Below are positions 46,378 through 55,184 of a DNA stretch of 64,000 bases, one piece after another (positions within the stretch are counted from its first letter, which is position 1; each line of letters starts with the position of its first letter). The stretch spans positions 585,679-649,678 of the forward strand of contig CAVSWB010000001.1 of NCBI GenBank assembly GCA_963731635.1. Direction: 5' to 3'. The notes under the pieces were generated by a model that had not been told where the DNA came from, did not search any database, and was given only the letters and a program-made list of their open reading frames with translations. Position numbers and translations under genes: made by a program. The stretch comes from an uncultured Chloroflexia bacterium (GTDB taxonomy: Bacteria; Chloroflexota; Limnocylindria; Limnocylindrales; CSP1-4).

Positions 46378-47472
46378 ATGGAAACCAATAGCAGGCGTTT
46401 TGGGCGCTCCCGCATCGTGGGTTTGGCCGCTATGACGGCATTGGTCGCGCTGATGATGCCCGGGTTGGCGGGGATTGCGCTGGGGCACCACGCTTCAACC
46501 GTCGTGGCCCAGATCGACTGCAACGGCAACGTCAACTACACAGTCCACGACTGGAACCTCGACACGAACCCCCCCAACAGCGACGCCGGCAAGCAGTTGG
46601 AAGCAACCTTCACCGTCTCATACGCGGTCAACGGTGGCTCAACCTGGACCACAATCACGACGTCCGGTTCGTTCACGCTCGCTAACGCATGGACCTTCAT
46701 CGGCTCGTTCACGGTGGACTCTTCTGTTGCGTCAGTAATTGTTCGTGCCAACAGTTTCGTCTGGGGCGACCATGCTGCCGACCCGGGCCCCTACGACAGC
46801 ACATCCGCGACCCGGCCGGCCAAGTGCAGCGCCCCGACGATCACAACGGTCCTGGTCCCGAGCTCACCGGTCAAGATCGGCTCCGTGGTCCACGACACGG
46901 CGACCCTCAGCAACGCGACCGAGAATGCCGGCGGCACCGTGACCTACACCTACTACACCAACGACACCTGCACCGCCGGAGCCCAGAGCGCCGGCAAGGT
47001 CAACGTCACCAACGGCAAGGTGCCGGACTCCAACCCGATCACCTTCAGCAACGCCGGCACCTGGTACTGGCAGGCGGTCTACAGCGGCGACGCCAACAAC
47101 GCGGGCGCCACGAGCACGTGCAAGGAAGAGACGCTCGTGGTCACCCCGACGCCGACCCCGACGCCGACCGCCACGCCGACCGCCACGCCGACCCCGACGC
47201 CGACCGCCACACCGACCGCCACCGCGACTGCGACTGCGACCGCGACTGGCACGCAGCCTGTCGTCACCCCATCCCCGACCTCGAGCTCGTCAGGCTCTCA
47301 GGGAATCCTGGGTGTCACATCCGCGCCGACGGCCACGCTGCCGGCCACGACCCCGTCGAACGACAAGTCGGGTGGGAACGGTAGCCCGCTCTTTGCCCTG
47401 TTCATCTGCCTCGCCTTCGGGTCGATTGCGATGCTCGTGGTCGAGAAGCAGCGCCGATCAACCAGCCGCTAA
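46378..47472 (+). CDS. secreted surface protein (Ig-like domains, PT linker, C-terminal TM/QRR tail)
   Basis: Signal peptide, VTYTYYTNDTC...AGTWYWQAVYSGD domain, and tail GGNGSPLFALFICLAFGSIAMLVVEKQRRSTSR. AGGAGGA RBS. Confidence 0.85.
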   Translation: METNSRRFGRSRIVGLAAMTALVALMMPGLAGIALGHHASTVVAQIDCNGNVNYTVHDWNLDTNPPNSDAGKQLEATFTVSYAVNGGSTWTTITTSGSFTLANAWTFIGSFTVDSSVASVIVRANSFVWGDHAADPGPYDSTSATRPAKCSAPTITTVLVPSSPVKIGSVVHDTATLSNATENAGGTVTYTYYTNDTCTAGAQSAGKVNVTNGKVPDSNPITFSNAGTWYWQAVYSGDANNAGATSTCKEETLVVTPTPTPTPTATPTATPTPTPTATPTATATATATATGTQPVVTPSPTSSSSGSQGILGVTSAPTATLPATTPSNDKSGGNGSPLFALFICLAFGSIAMLVVEKQRRSTSR

Positions 47473-47505
47473 GTCTTTGGCCGCTCCGGCGGCCGAGTGA
47501 GTGCC

Positions 47506-47542
47506 GAAGATCGGCGGGCCGTGTGCCCGCCGATCTTCTTTA
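47506..47542 (+). terminator. rho-independent terminator
   Basis: GAAGATCGGCGGGC-CGTGT-GCCCGCCGATCTTC (14-bp stem) followed by TTTA. Confidence 0.8.
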
Positions 47543-47679
47543 ACCCCGCAAGCAGCCCGGAGACCGTGGCCCTGGCGGGTCCATTTGAGCCCGATGCGAC
47601 CGGCATCGGCCGTGCGCGTAGTCGCCGGGCCGACGATCCGACGTGATCGGGATTCGGTCGACCCTCCCGGTGGAAACAA

Positions 47680-47716
47680 GCGACCGGCGGGCTCCCCCGT
47701 AGGGCCCGCCGGTCGC
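47680..47716 (-). terminator. rho-independent terminator of the 47752..50247 gene
   Basis: GCGACCGGCGGGC-N11-GCCCGCCGGTCGC. On the minus strand it is followed by TTGTTTCC. Confidence 0.7.
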
Positions 47717-47751
47717 TGTGAGTTACCGACCGCTTGCGCGGCCTCGGAGTG

Positions 47752-50247
47752 TCAGCGGCGAACCGTCCGCCGCTGCCTGTCAACCACGAGCATCGCCAGG
47801 CATCCGAAGGCGAGGCAGATGACCAATCCAACGATGGGCGCGCCGCCCTCGTCGGAGCCCTTGCTCGGCGTGCTTGTGGCGGGCGGCGTTGCGTGAACGC
47901 TCGGAGCGCTTGTCGCGCCCAGCAACGACTGCGATTGGGTCGCCGTCGGAGCGACCGTCGGCGTCGCCGTCGCGCCGAGCAATTCCTGGGAGGCGATGGT
48001 CAGCGTGCCCGCGACGTAATTGATGCTGTAGCCGTCGAGAGCGGCGCCCGAGCAGGTAATCGGGTACGTTCCGCCGGCGCTGGCAGCGGTGGCCGTGGTC
48101 GTGCAGACGGCAGGGGTCGTCAGGTTGGCCGAGGGGCTGACCACGTAGGTGAAGGCCGGGTCGGCCGCGCCGAATGCGCGACTCTGGTTGTCGGCCGTGA
48201 TCGTCAGGACGGGAAGCGCGCTGATCGTCAGCGTGCCCGCGACGTAGGTGATGTCGTAGTCGTCCGATGCGGCGCCGGAGCAGGTGATCGGTGCGGTGCC
48301 GACCGGGCTCGAGGCGGTCGCGGTGGTTGTGCAGGTCGGCTGCGTGGTCAGGCCGGCGGCGGTGTCGCCGTTGACCCAGCCGCCGAATGCGGCGCTGAAG
48401 GTCGGATCAGCCGCGCCGAATGGGCGGGTCTGGTCGTTCGCGGTGATGGTCAGCGGGGCCTTGCCGATCGTAAAGCTCCGAACGACGGCCTCGGCGGCGC
48501 CGAAGTCATCGTCGCCTGCTTGAGACGCGGTCACCGAGCAGTCGCCCGCGCCCGTGATCGTCACGGTGTCGTCGGTCAGGCTGCAGGAGCCGGTCACGCT
48601 GTAGCTGATCGGCAGTGTCGAAGAGGCCGATGCGGTGAGTTCGAACGACGGGTCGCCGTAGTTCAGGTTGGGAAGTGCGGCGAAAGTGATGTTCTGGCCG
48701 GCCTTGCCGACCTCGAAGCTCTGCTGGACTTGAGTTGCGGCATTCCAGCGCGCGTCGCCGGCCTGGTTGGCATCGATCACGCAACTACCGGACCCAATGA
48801 AGGAGACGATGTTGCCCGAGATCGAGCAGACCGAGGTCGCCGTGGCATCGATCGAAAAGACGATCGGGTTACCCGAGGCGCCGCCGGTGGCGGCAACCGG
48901 ATATGTCGCTCCGCCGACGATCGCCGGGCTCGGCGCCGTCGAGGTGAAGGCGATCGTCTGGTCGCCCTGGCCGATCGTGAAGGTGTGCGAGACCTGTGTG
49001 GCCGCGTTCCAGAGCGTGTTGCCGGCCTGGTTGGCGCGGATGGTGCAGTCGCCGGTGGCGAGGAAGGTGACGGTAGTCAAGGCTACGGTGCAGACCGTTG
49101 GCGTGCCCGAGGTGAAGCTGACGGACAGGCCGGAAGAAGCGGTGGCGCCGATCGTGAGAGGCGTCTGGTCGAAGGTCTTGTTGGCGATGGTTCCGAAGCT
49201 GATGGTCTGGGCGCCCTTGCTGACCGTGAAGCTACGCGAGACCTGTGAAGCGGCGTTCCAATTAGCGTCGCCGCCCTGGTTGGCCCGGATCGTGCAGGTG
49301 CCGAGGGCAAGGAATGTGACCGAATTGTCGGACATGGTGCAGACCGAGGTGGTGCCCGAAGTGAACGCGACAGCGAGGCCGGACGTGGCGGTCCCGCCCA
49401 CTGTCAGCGGCGACTGGTCGAACCGTTTGCCGGTGATGGTGGCAAACGTGATTGTCTGGTTGCCCTTGGTGATCGTGAAGCTCCGCGATACCTGCGGGGC
49501 GGCGTTGAAGCTGCCGTTGCCGGCCTGATCGGCGCGGATCGTACAAAGGCCCGTGGTGACGAAGGTGACCGAATTGCCGGACACGGTGCACACGGACGCG
49601 GTGCCGGAGGTGAACGTGACCGGGAGGCCGGACGAGGCGGTGGCGGAGATCGTTCGCGGCGACTGATCGAATCTTCTGTTCGTGAGTGTGCCAAAGGTGA
49701 TGGTCTGGTTGGCCTTGCCGACGGTCACGGTCACGCTCGCGCAGTTCGCGCCGACGGTGAACGCGCCGCTGTTCTCCATGCTGTTGTCGGCGTTGTGGTT
49801 GCTGCCGGTCGCAATCCAGCGATGGCTGTTGCTGTTCGGCCAGGTGTCCCCAAGGTCGTACATCACGACGCAGACCTGGTAAGTGCCCGCGGCCGCGTAG
49901 GCGTGCGAGCCACCGGTCCAGGTGCCACTCAGGCCGTTCTGGCGGGTGCCGTTGTGGCCCGGACTGACCGCGTTCGAGGCGAAGTGCACTGTCGTGGTGC
50001 CGTTGCTCAGTGCGTTGGAGTTGCCATCGCCCCAGCTCACAGCCCATCCGACGTAGTGATTGTCGACGTAGCCTTTCGTCCAGGTGCCGGACGCCCCCAC
50101 AGTCAGCGACCCGGAGGTGGACGTCAGCGTGATGGCCGGGCTGCCAACGTTGGCGAGAGCGATGCTCGCGGTAACTGCGACGAGCACCATGCCGGCCGCG
50201 ATGGCGGCCACCCGTCTGAATGTCGCTTTCGCGTTCCTATGAAACAT
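47752..50247 (-). CDS. large surface protein: N-terminal domain, five Ig-like repeats of about 82 aa, two MBG-type repeats, C-terminal TM/QRR tail (831 aa)
   Basis: Signal peptide. Repeats of the form QTITF...SGL.V.FTSGT..VCTV...CTIRANQAGN..WNAA.QVS.SFT. MBG-like LTITA.NQ...FGAADP...TQP.CTTTAT...G.YPITCSGA...Y.I.YVAGTLTI. AAGGAGGG RBS. Confidence 0.85.
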   Translation of the reverse strand: MFHRNAKATFRRVAAIAAGMVLVAVTASIALANVGSPAITLTSTSGSLTVGASGTWTKGYVDNHYVGWAVSWGDGNSNALSNGTTTVHFASNAVSPGHNGTRQNGLSGTWTGGSHAYAAAGTYQVCVVMYDLGDTWPNSNSHRWIATGSNHNADNSMENSGAFTVGANCASVTVTVGKANQTITFGTLTNRRFDQSPRTISATASSGLPVTFTSGTASVCTVSGNSVTFVTTGLCTIRADQAGNGSFNAAPQVSRSFTITKGNQTITFATITGKRFDQSPLTVGGTATSGLAVAFTSGTTSVCTMSDNSVTFLALGTCTIRANQGGDANWNAASQVSRSFTVSKGAQTISFGTIANKTFDQTPLTIGATASSGLSVSFTSGTPTVCTVALTTVTFLATGDCTIRANQAGNTLWNAATQVSHTFTIGQGDQTIAFTSTAPSPAIVGGATYPVAATGGASGNPIVFSIDATATSVCSISGNIVSFIGSGSCVIDANQAGDARWNAATQVQQSFEVGKAGQNITFAALPNLNYGDPSFELTASASSTLPISYSVTGSCSLTDDTVTITGAGDCSVTASQAGDDDFGAAEAVVRSFTIGKAPLTITANDQTRPFGAADPTFSAAFGGWVNGDTAAGLTTQPTCTTTATASSPVGTAPITCSGAASDDYDITYVAGTLTISALPVLTITADNQSRAFGAADPAFTYVVSPSANLTTPAVCTTTATAASAGGTYPITCSGAALDGYSINYVAGTLTIASQELLGATATPTVAPTATQSQSLLGATSAPSVHATPPATSTPSKGSDEGGAPIVGLVICLAFGCLAMLVVDRQRRTVRR

Positions 50248-50375
50248 GCAGCCGATCCCTCCTTAGCTGGACCCGAAGTGACGGCAATGTGCCGGATGAT
50301 TCCGCGTTATCCCCGAACGTACTGGAGGCCACCCATCCAGGTGGGCGAGCCATACTTTCATTCCTACGTGAGACT

Positions 50376-50384
50376 GTCTAGGAC
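50376..50384 (-). promoter_or_regulatory. GTCCTAGAC box, 129 nt upstream of the ATG at 50247
   Basis: The reverse complement reads GTCCTAGACAGTCTCACGTA and contains the palindrome AGACAGTCT. Confidence 0.35.
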
Positions 50385-50537
50385 CTATAGCGGCTTTCGC
50401 TGCCCCCCGGGGCCATTACGTTGCGGCATCGCAACGGCCAAAGGTCCTGCCGCTTCGGAACCCGAGTACCGACAAATCGCCGACGGAGCCCCCGAGCGCC
50501 GGCGCGGCCCGAGCCTTGCCGAGGGGTACATAAAGGA

Positions 50538-50571
50538 AACCGGCGGGCCCCCACAAAAGGGCCCGCCGGTT
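50538..50571 (-). terminator. rho-independent terminator of the 50610..52940 gene
   Basis: AACCGGCGGGCCC-N8-GGGCCCGCCGGTT. On the minus strand it is followed by TCCTTTATG. Confidence 0.7.
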
Positions 50572-50609
50572 CGCAGGTGGTCGGTCGGCCGCTCGCGCGG
50601 CCCTGGGGG

Positions 50610-52940
50610 TTAGTTGTGGACGGTTCGCCGCTGCTTCTCGGCCATCACCACCGCGAGCGCTCCGAAGGCCAGGCAGATGAACAGCGCGAAGAGCGGGGTG
50701 CCGCTGCCGCCCGTGTTACCGGATGGCGTGGATGTGGCCGGAGGCGTGGCATTCGGCACGCTGGTGGCGCCAAGCAGATCCTGGGATCCGGTCGCACTGG
50801 CGGTAGGAGTGGCTGTGGCCCCGGCCACGATCTGGGATCCGGTGGCAGTAGGCGTGGCGGTGGCGGGAGCCGCGACGACGTGGAGGATCGCGGTGTCGCT
50901 GAGCTCGCCGTCGGTACCGGTGACCGTGTAGTCACCGACGACCGTCGAGCCGCAGGCGGCACTCGTGCAGGAGGAACCGCTGCCGTCGATCGTGAAAGTG
51001 GTGGCCGCAGTGACATCGCCGAGGCTGTTGCCCTGAGAGTCGAAACCCTCGGCGGTGTAGGACTTCGTGGTGCCCGCAACGATGGTCGCGGGATCCGGGC
51101 TGACGACGATGTGGTCCAACGTTCCGAACGCCACGGTCAGTGTGCCGGCAACGTAGGTGAAGTCGTAGTTGCTCGAGGCCGCGTCCGAGCAGGTGATTGG
51201 GTAGGTGCCGACCGGGCTATCGGTCGTTGCGGTCGTAACGCACGACGGCTGGGTCGTCAGGCTGGCTGCACTGTCGCCGCCGGCGAGGCCGGTATAGGTC
51301 GGCGTGAAGACCGGGTTGGCCGACCCTCGGAGCTTGGTGACGTTCGGAGCGGTGATCGTGAGGGCCGCCTTGGTCACGCTGAGCATTCCGTCGCCGTAGG
51401 CGATGGCGTAGCCGGCAAGTCCGGTACCCACGGCCGCGCTGGGGGTGATGGTGTAGTCGCCCACCGCCGCCGTGGCGGCCGCCCCGGCGCTGGCCAGGGT
51501 CACGCCCGTGACGGTGTCACCGGGGAGCAGGCCGCTGGCATCGAAGCCCGTCGTGCCCAAATCGAGCGTCGAGCCGTACACCTTGGTCTGATCCGTGGCG
51601 GTGATCGTCAGAGGTTTGGTCGAGACGGACAGGCTGCCGTTGGCGTAGGAGATCGCGTAGTTGCCGAGCCCGGTGCCGGTGGCGGCGCTCGGGACGATCG
51701 GATAGTTGCCGATGGCCGCGGCAGCGGCAGCGCCGGCGCTCGTGAGGGTCACGCCCGTAACGGTGTTGCCGTTGACCAGGCCGGGAGCGCTAAAGGCTGT
51801 CGTGCCCAGATCGAGCGCCGAGCCGTATTCCTTGGACTGGTTGGTGGCGGTCACGGTCAGAGGCTTGGCCGAGACGGAGAGGCTGCCGTTGGCGTAGGAG
51901 ATCGAATAGTTGCCGAGGCCGGTGCCGGTGGCGGCGCTCGGGACGATCGGATAGCTACCGACGACGGCAGCGGCCGCAGAGCCGGTGCTGGTCAGCGACA
52001 CGCTATCGACCATGTCGCTGTTGACGAGGCCGGAAGCAGCGAAGCCCGTGGTTCCGAGGTTTGCGACGGAGCCGTATTCCTTGGGCTGATTGGCGGCCGT
52101 GACCGTCAAGGCCTTGGCGGTGACGCTGAGGCTGCCCGGGACGTAGGTGATGGTGTGGTAGTTGGCAAGCCCCGAGCCGATAGCGGCGCTGGGAACGATG
52201 GAGTAACTGCCGACGGCCGCGGTAGCAGCCGAGCCGGTGCTGGTCAGCGTGACGTGAGAGACGGAGTCACCGGCGAGGAGTCCGCTGGTGGTGAACGATG
52301 TGGTGCCCAGTGACGCCGACGCACCGTAAGTCTTGGCCTGGTTGCCGGCGGTGATCGTCAGAGTGCGACCCACGTTGAAGGCGATGCAGTAGACGTGAGT
52401 CACGTCGGCATCCACGCCGCTGACCTGCTCGGAGTTGTCGCTGTACATCATGTCGTCGTAGCAGCGAAGGCCGGCAAATCCGTAACCGGCGGGAACGACC
52501 TCGTCGACCCAGATGCCGCTGCCGGTCCTGGCCCTGGTAGCGTCGTCGCTACTCAGTTGAACGTCCACGTAGCCATCGGCTCCCGTCGCCACGGGAGAGC
52601 CGCTGACCGCGGTGCCGTTTGCAGAATTGCGGTGAAGGTTGAACTGCCAGCCCGCCATGCGGGTGCAGTGCGAATCGATGTCGCTTACGGCGGCAGTGCC
52701 GCGGTTGCTGTTCGTATTCAGCTCAGCCGTATGGCCGCCGGTCGCGTCATAAGCGGCGTTGTTGTAGGAATCATTTGCCGGAACGTACGAGTACGAGGGG
52801 CAGGACACCTGGTACAGCGTGATCGTCAACGGTTGAGCAGCCATGGCAACTGCCGCGCCCAGGGCGGAGACGAGGAGCAAGCTGGCAACTACCGCAACAG
52901 CTCGGCGAAGAAGCCTCGTCCGACCGTGATTTCCAACCAT
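50610..52940 (-). CDS. large surface protein: N-terminal prealbumin-like domain, five MBG-type repeats, Ig-like domain, C-terminal TM/QRR tail (776 aa)
   Basis: Signal peptide. Repeats LTVTA.NQ.KEYGS...LGTT.F.ASGL...D.V..V.LTS.G.....VG.YPIVPSAA.G.GL.NY.I.Y..GSLSV. Tail GGSGTPLFALFICLAFGALAVVMAEKQRRTVHN. GAAGGAG RBS. Confidence 0.85.
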   Translation of the reverse strand: MVGNHGRTRLLRRAVAVVASLLLVSALGAAVAMAAQPLTITLYQVSCPSYSYVPANDSYNNAAYDATGGHTAELNTNSNRGTAAVSDIDSHCTRMAGWQFNLHRNSANGTAVSGSPVATGADGYVDVQLSSDDATRARTGSGIWVDEVVPAGYGFAGLRCYDDMMYSDNSEQVSGVDADVTHVYCIAFNVGRTLTITAGNQAKTYGASASLGTTSFTTSGLLAGDSVSHVTLTSTGSAATAAVGSYSIVPSAAIGSGLANYHTITYVPGSLSVTAKALTVTAANQPKEYGSVANLGTTGFAASGLVNSDMVDSVSLTSTGSAAAAVVGSYPIVPSAATGTGLGNYSISYANGSLSVSAKPLTVTATNQSKEYGSALDLGTTAFSAPGLVNGNTVTGVTLTSAGAAAAAAIGNYPIVPSAATGTGLGNYAISYANGSLSVSTKPLTITATDQTKVYGSTLDLGTTGFDASGLLPGDTVTGVTLASAGAAATAAVGDYTITPSAAVGTGLAGYAIAYGDGMLSVTKAALTITAPNVTKLRGSANPVFTPTYTGLAGGDSAASLTTQPSCVTTATTDSPVGTYPITCSDAASSNYDFTYVAGTLTVAFGTLDHIVVSPDPATIVAGTTKSYTAEGFDSQGNSLGDVTAATTFTIDGSGSSCTSAACGSTVVGDYTVTGTDGELSDTAILHVVAAPATATPTATGSQIVAGATATPTASATGSQDLLGATSVPNATPPATSTPSGNTGGSGTPLFALFICLAFGALAVVMAEKQRRTVHN

Positions 52941-53041
52941 AGGATCCTGACTCCTTCGTCCACATCAACGATGATTCCGCGAATACGTCACTTGGCGTAT
53001 CTGTCGCGTGGGACGGTACACTACCCATTAGTGCGGCTCGC

Positions 53042-53050
53042 GTCCAGTAC
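53042..53050 (-). promoter_or_regulatory. GTACTGGAC box, 102 nt upstream of the ATG at 52940
   Basis: Same orientation as the other three boxes. TAGTGT lies 17 nt downstream of TGGACG. Confidence 0.3.
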
Positions 53051-53133
53051 TTCGGTGCAGGGCCGCACCGAAGACGGAATCCGGCCCGACGCGCCTGGTC
53101 ACCCCACCGGCGCGAACCGCACCGCAGCGCTCT

Positions 53134-53904
53134 TTACAGCTCTTGTCGCCGGAAAACCAGCCAGGTGACGGTGAAAAGAGCGGGTACCAGGACGATATTG
53201 AAGGCCAATGGGCCGATCATCCATCCGGGGTCCTGGCCCAGTCCCAATGCGCGAGCGGGCTCTCCGAGCGACGACGGCATATACGGGCCGACCACGGGCA
53301 GAGCGCCGACGATGCCCATGACCACCAGCAAGACCAGGCCGATCCCCGCGGCCGCGATCGCCGAGCGCGTGATCGTGCTGCCGAGCAGGGTGATCGCCGT
53401 GAAGCCGACGAGAATCCACCACATCAAGACGGCCATGGCGATGTAGCCGGCCAGCGGGAACACCGTCGGATAGAGGACCAACGTGTAAACGTAGGCGACA
53501 CCCGTTCCGAGGGTCATTGCAACTCCGAGCGTGAACGAGATTGCGACCAGCTTCGCGGCCAGGAACGCCGCGCGAGATGCGGGCTTGGTCAGAATCATGC
53601 CCGCGGTGCCGCGCTCCTTCTCCCACGCGACTGAGCCCATCGCGAGGAGCAGCGCGCAAATGATGCCGAACTGGGTGAGATTCTTCGTGATCTGCGTGAG
53701 CGCGCCCTCCAGCGTGGGCGGCGGGATCTGGACCGTGAACCCGCCGCTCTGCGCGCCGACTGCGTCGATCAGCTCCTTCATGTAGCGATCGGTAACCGGC
53801 CCGAGTATGCCGAAGACGATGAACACCACCGAGACGGCGACGAGCCTCGCCGTCCGGATCTGCTCGCGGAGCTCCTTCAATAGCAATACGCGGAAGCCCA
53901 TCAT
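53134..53904 (-). CDS. ABC-2 type transporter permease
   Basis: 6 TM helices and N-terminus MMGFRVLLLKELREQIR typical of the ABC-2/NatB-like family. The start overlaps the stop of the ATPase gene (ATGATGA). Confidence 0.75.
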   Translation of the reverse strand: MMGFRVLLLKELREQIRTARLVAVSVVFIVFGILGPVTDRYMKELIDAVGAQSGGFTVQIPPPTLEGALTQITKNLTQFGIICALLLAMGSVAWEKERGTAGMILTKPASRAAFLAAKLVAISFTLGVAMTLGTGVAYVYTLVLYPTVFPLAGYIAMAVLMWWILVGFTAITLLGSTITRSAIAAAGIGLVLLVVMGIVGALPVVGPYMPSSLGEPARALGLGQDPGWMIGPLAFNIVLVPALFTVTWLVFRRQEL

Positions 53905-55184
53905 CGTCGGCCCCTCCCGTCCAGGCCGGTGACCGGCACCAGCACCTTGGGGATCGTCGGCAGCGAGCTTTCGGCCACGAGGTGCAAGAACACGTCCTCC
54001 AGGCTCGGGCGCGCCCGCTCGTACCTCACCAGGCTGACGCCGCTCGAGACCACCAGCGGCAGGATCGCCGGACCGGCCACGCTCGGATCCTTGACGAACA
54101 CCCGAACGGTGTCCGGGGTGCAAATGACCTCGCGGGCCCAGGGCTGACCGCGCATCGCCTCGGTCAGGCGCTCCAGGGCGCCCGGCTGCTGTGGCTCGGG
54201 CTGGAGTTCGTAGATGGGCTGGGCGTAGCGGTCGAGCAGCTCGTCGATCGGTCCCTCGACGACCAGGTGGCCGAGGTTCAGGATGGCGACCCGGTCGCAG
54301 ACGCGCTCGACGTCGTTGAGGATGTGCGTGCTCATGAACACGGTCGCGGTGCCGCGCAGCCGGGACACGATCTCGAGGACGTCCCGCCGTCCCTCCGGAT
54401 CGAGAGAGCTGACCGGCTCGTCGAGGAACAGGACCTGCGGCCGGTTCAGGATCGCCTGCCCGATCCCGAGGCGTTGACGCATGCCCCCCGAATAGCCGGC
54501 GATGCGTCGATGAGCGGCTTCGCTCAAGCCCACGATCTCGAGGACGTCGCCGACCCGCTGCCGCAACTCGCTGCCGTGCAGTCCGTGCAACTGGCCGACG
54601 AGTTCGAGCAGCTCCCGCCCGCGCATCCAGCCGTAGAAGCGCGGGTCCTGGTCGAGGTAGCCGATGTGTCGGGGCAGCTCGCCGCCGGTGCCGCCGATTC
54701 GAACGCCCGCGACCGAAGCGGTGCCACCGGAGGCCGTTGCCAGGCCGGTAAGCAGGCGGAGCGTGGTCGTCTTGCCGGCACCGTTCGGGCCCAGGAAGCC
54801 GAAAATGCTGCCGCTCGGGACCACCAGATCCAGGTGTTCGAGAGCCGCAACGCGCCCGTAGTCCTTGCTCAGCCCCCGCGTCACGATTGCCGGCTCGCCG
54901 GTGGCCGCGAGCTTCGGCCAGTTCGACAGGATGCCGGCGATCGAGGCCGCGGATGTTGGCCCGACGCCGCCCGTCTCGGCGCCGCGCGACTCATCCCGCC
55001 CGGCGAACAGGTAGATCAGCGGCCCGATCCCGTTCACGAAAAAGATGATCAGAGCCCAGACGATCTTGCTGTCGCCCCGAACGCGCCGGTCCTCCTGGAA
55101 GAGGTCGTAGACGCAGAACAGCATCAGGCCGATCTCGATCAAAACCAGCGGAATTACGATCAGGGCGATCTGGGCCAACTGCAT
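53901..55184 (-). CDS. ABC transporter ATP-binding protein with an N-terminal PLDc_N-like two-helix membrane domain
   Basis: N-terminus IALIVIPLVLIEIGLMLFCVYDLF...DSKIVWALIIFFVNGIGPLIYLFAGR. Then Walker A GPNGAGKTT, signature YSGGMRQR and Walker B LFLDEP. The start is uncertain (ATG at 55184 or GTG at 55208). Confidence 0.8.
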   Translation of the reverse strand: MQLAQIALIVIPLVLIEIGLMLFCVYDLFQEDRRVRGDSKIVWALIIFFVNGIGPLIYLFAGRDESRGAETGGVGPTSAASIAGILSNWPKLAATGEPAIVTRGLSKDYGRVAALEHLDLVVPSGSIFGFLGPNGAGKTTTLRLLTGLATASGGTASVAGVRIGGTGGELPRHIGYLDQDPRFYGWMRGRELLELVGQLHGLHGSELRQRVGDVLEIVGLSEAAHRRIAGYSGGMRQRLGIGQAILNRPQVLFLDEPVSSLDPEGRRDVLEIVSRLRGTATVFMSTHILNDVERVCDRVAILNLGHLVVEGPIDELLDRYAQPIYELQPEPQQPGALERLTEAMRGQPWAREVICTPDTVRVFVKDPSVAGPAILPLVVSSGVSLVRYERARPSLEDVFLHLVAESSLPTIPKVLVPVTGLDGRGRR

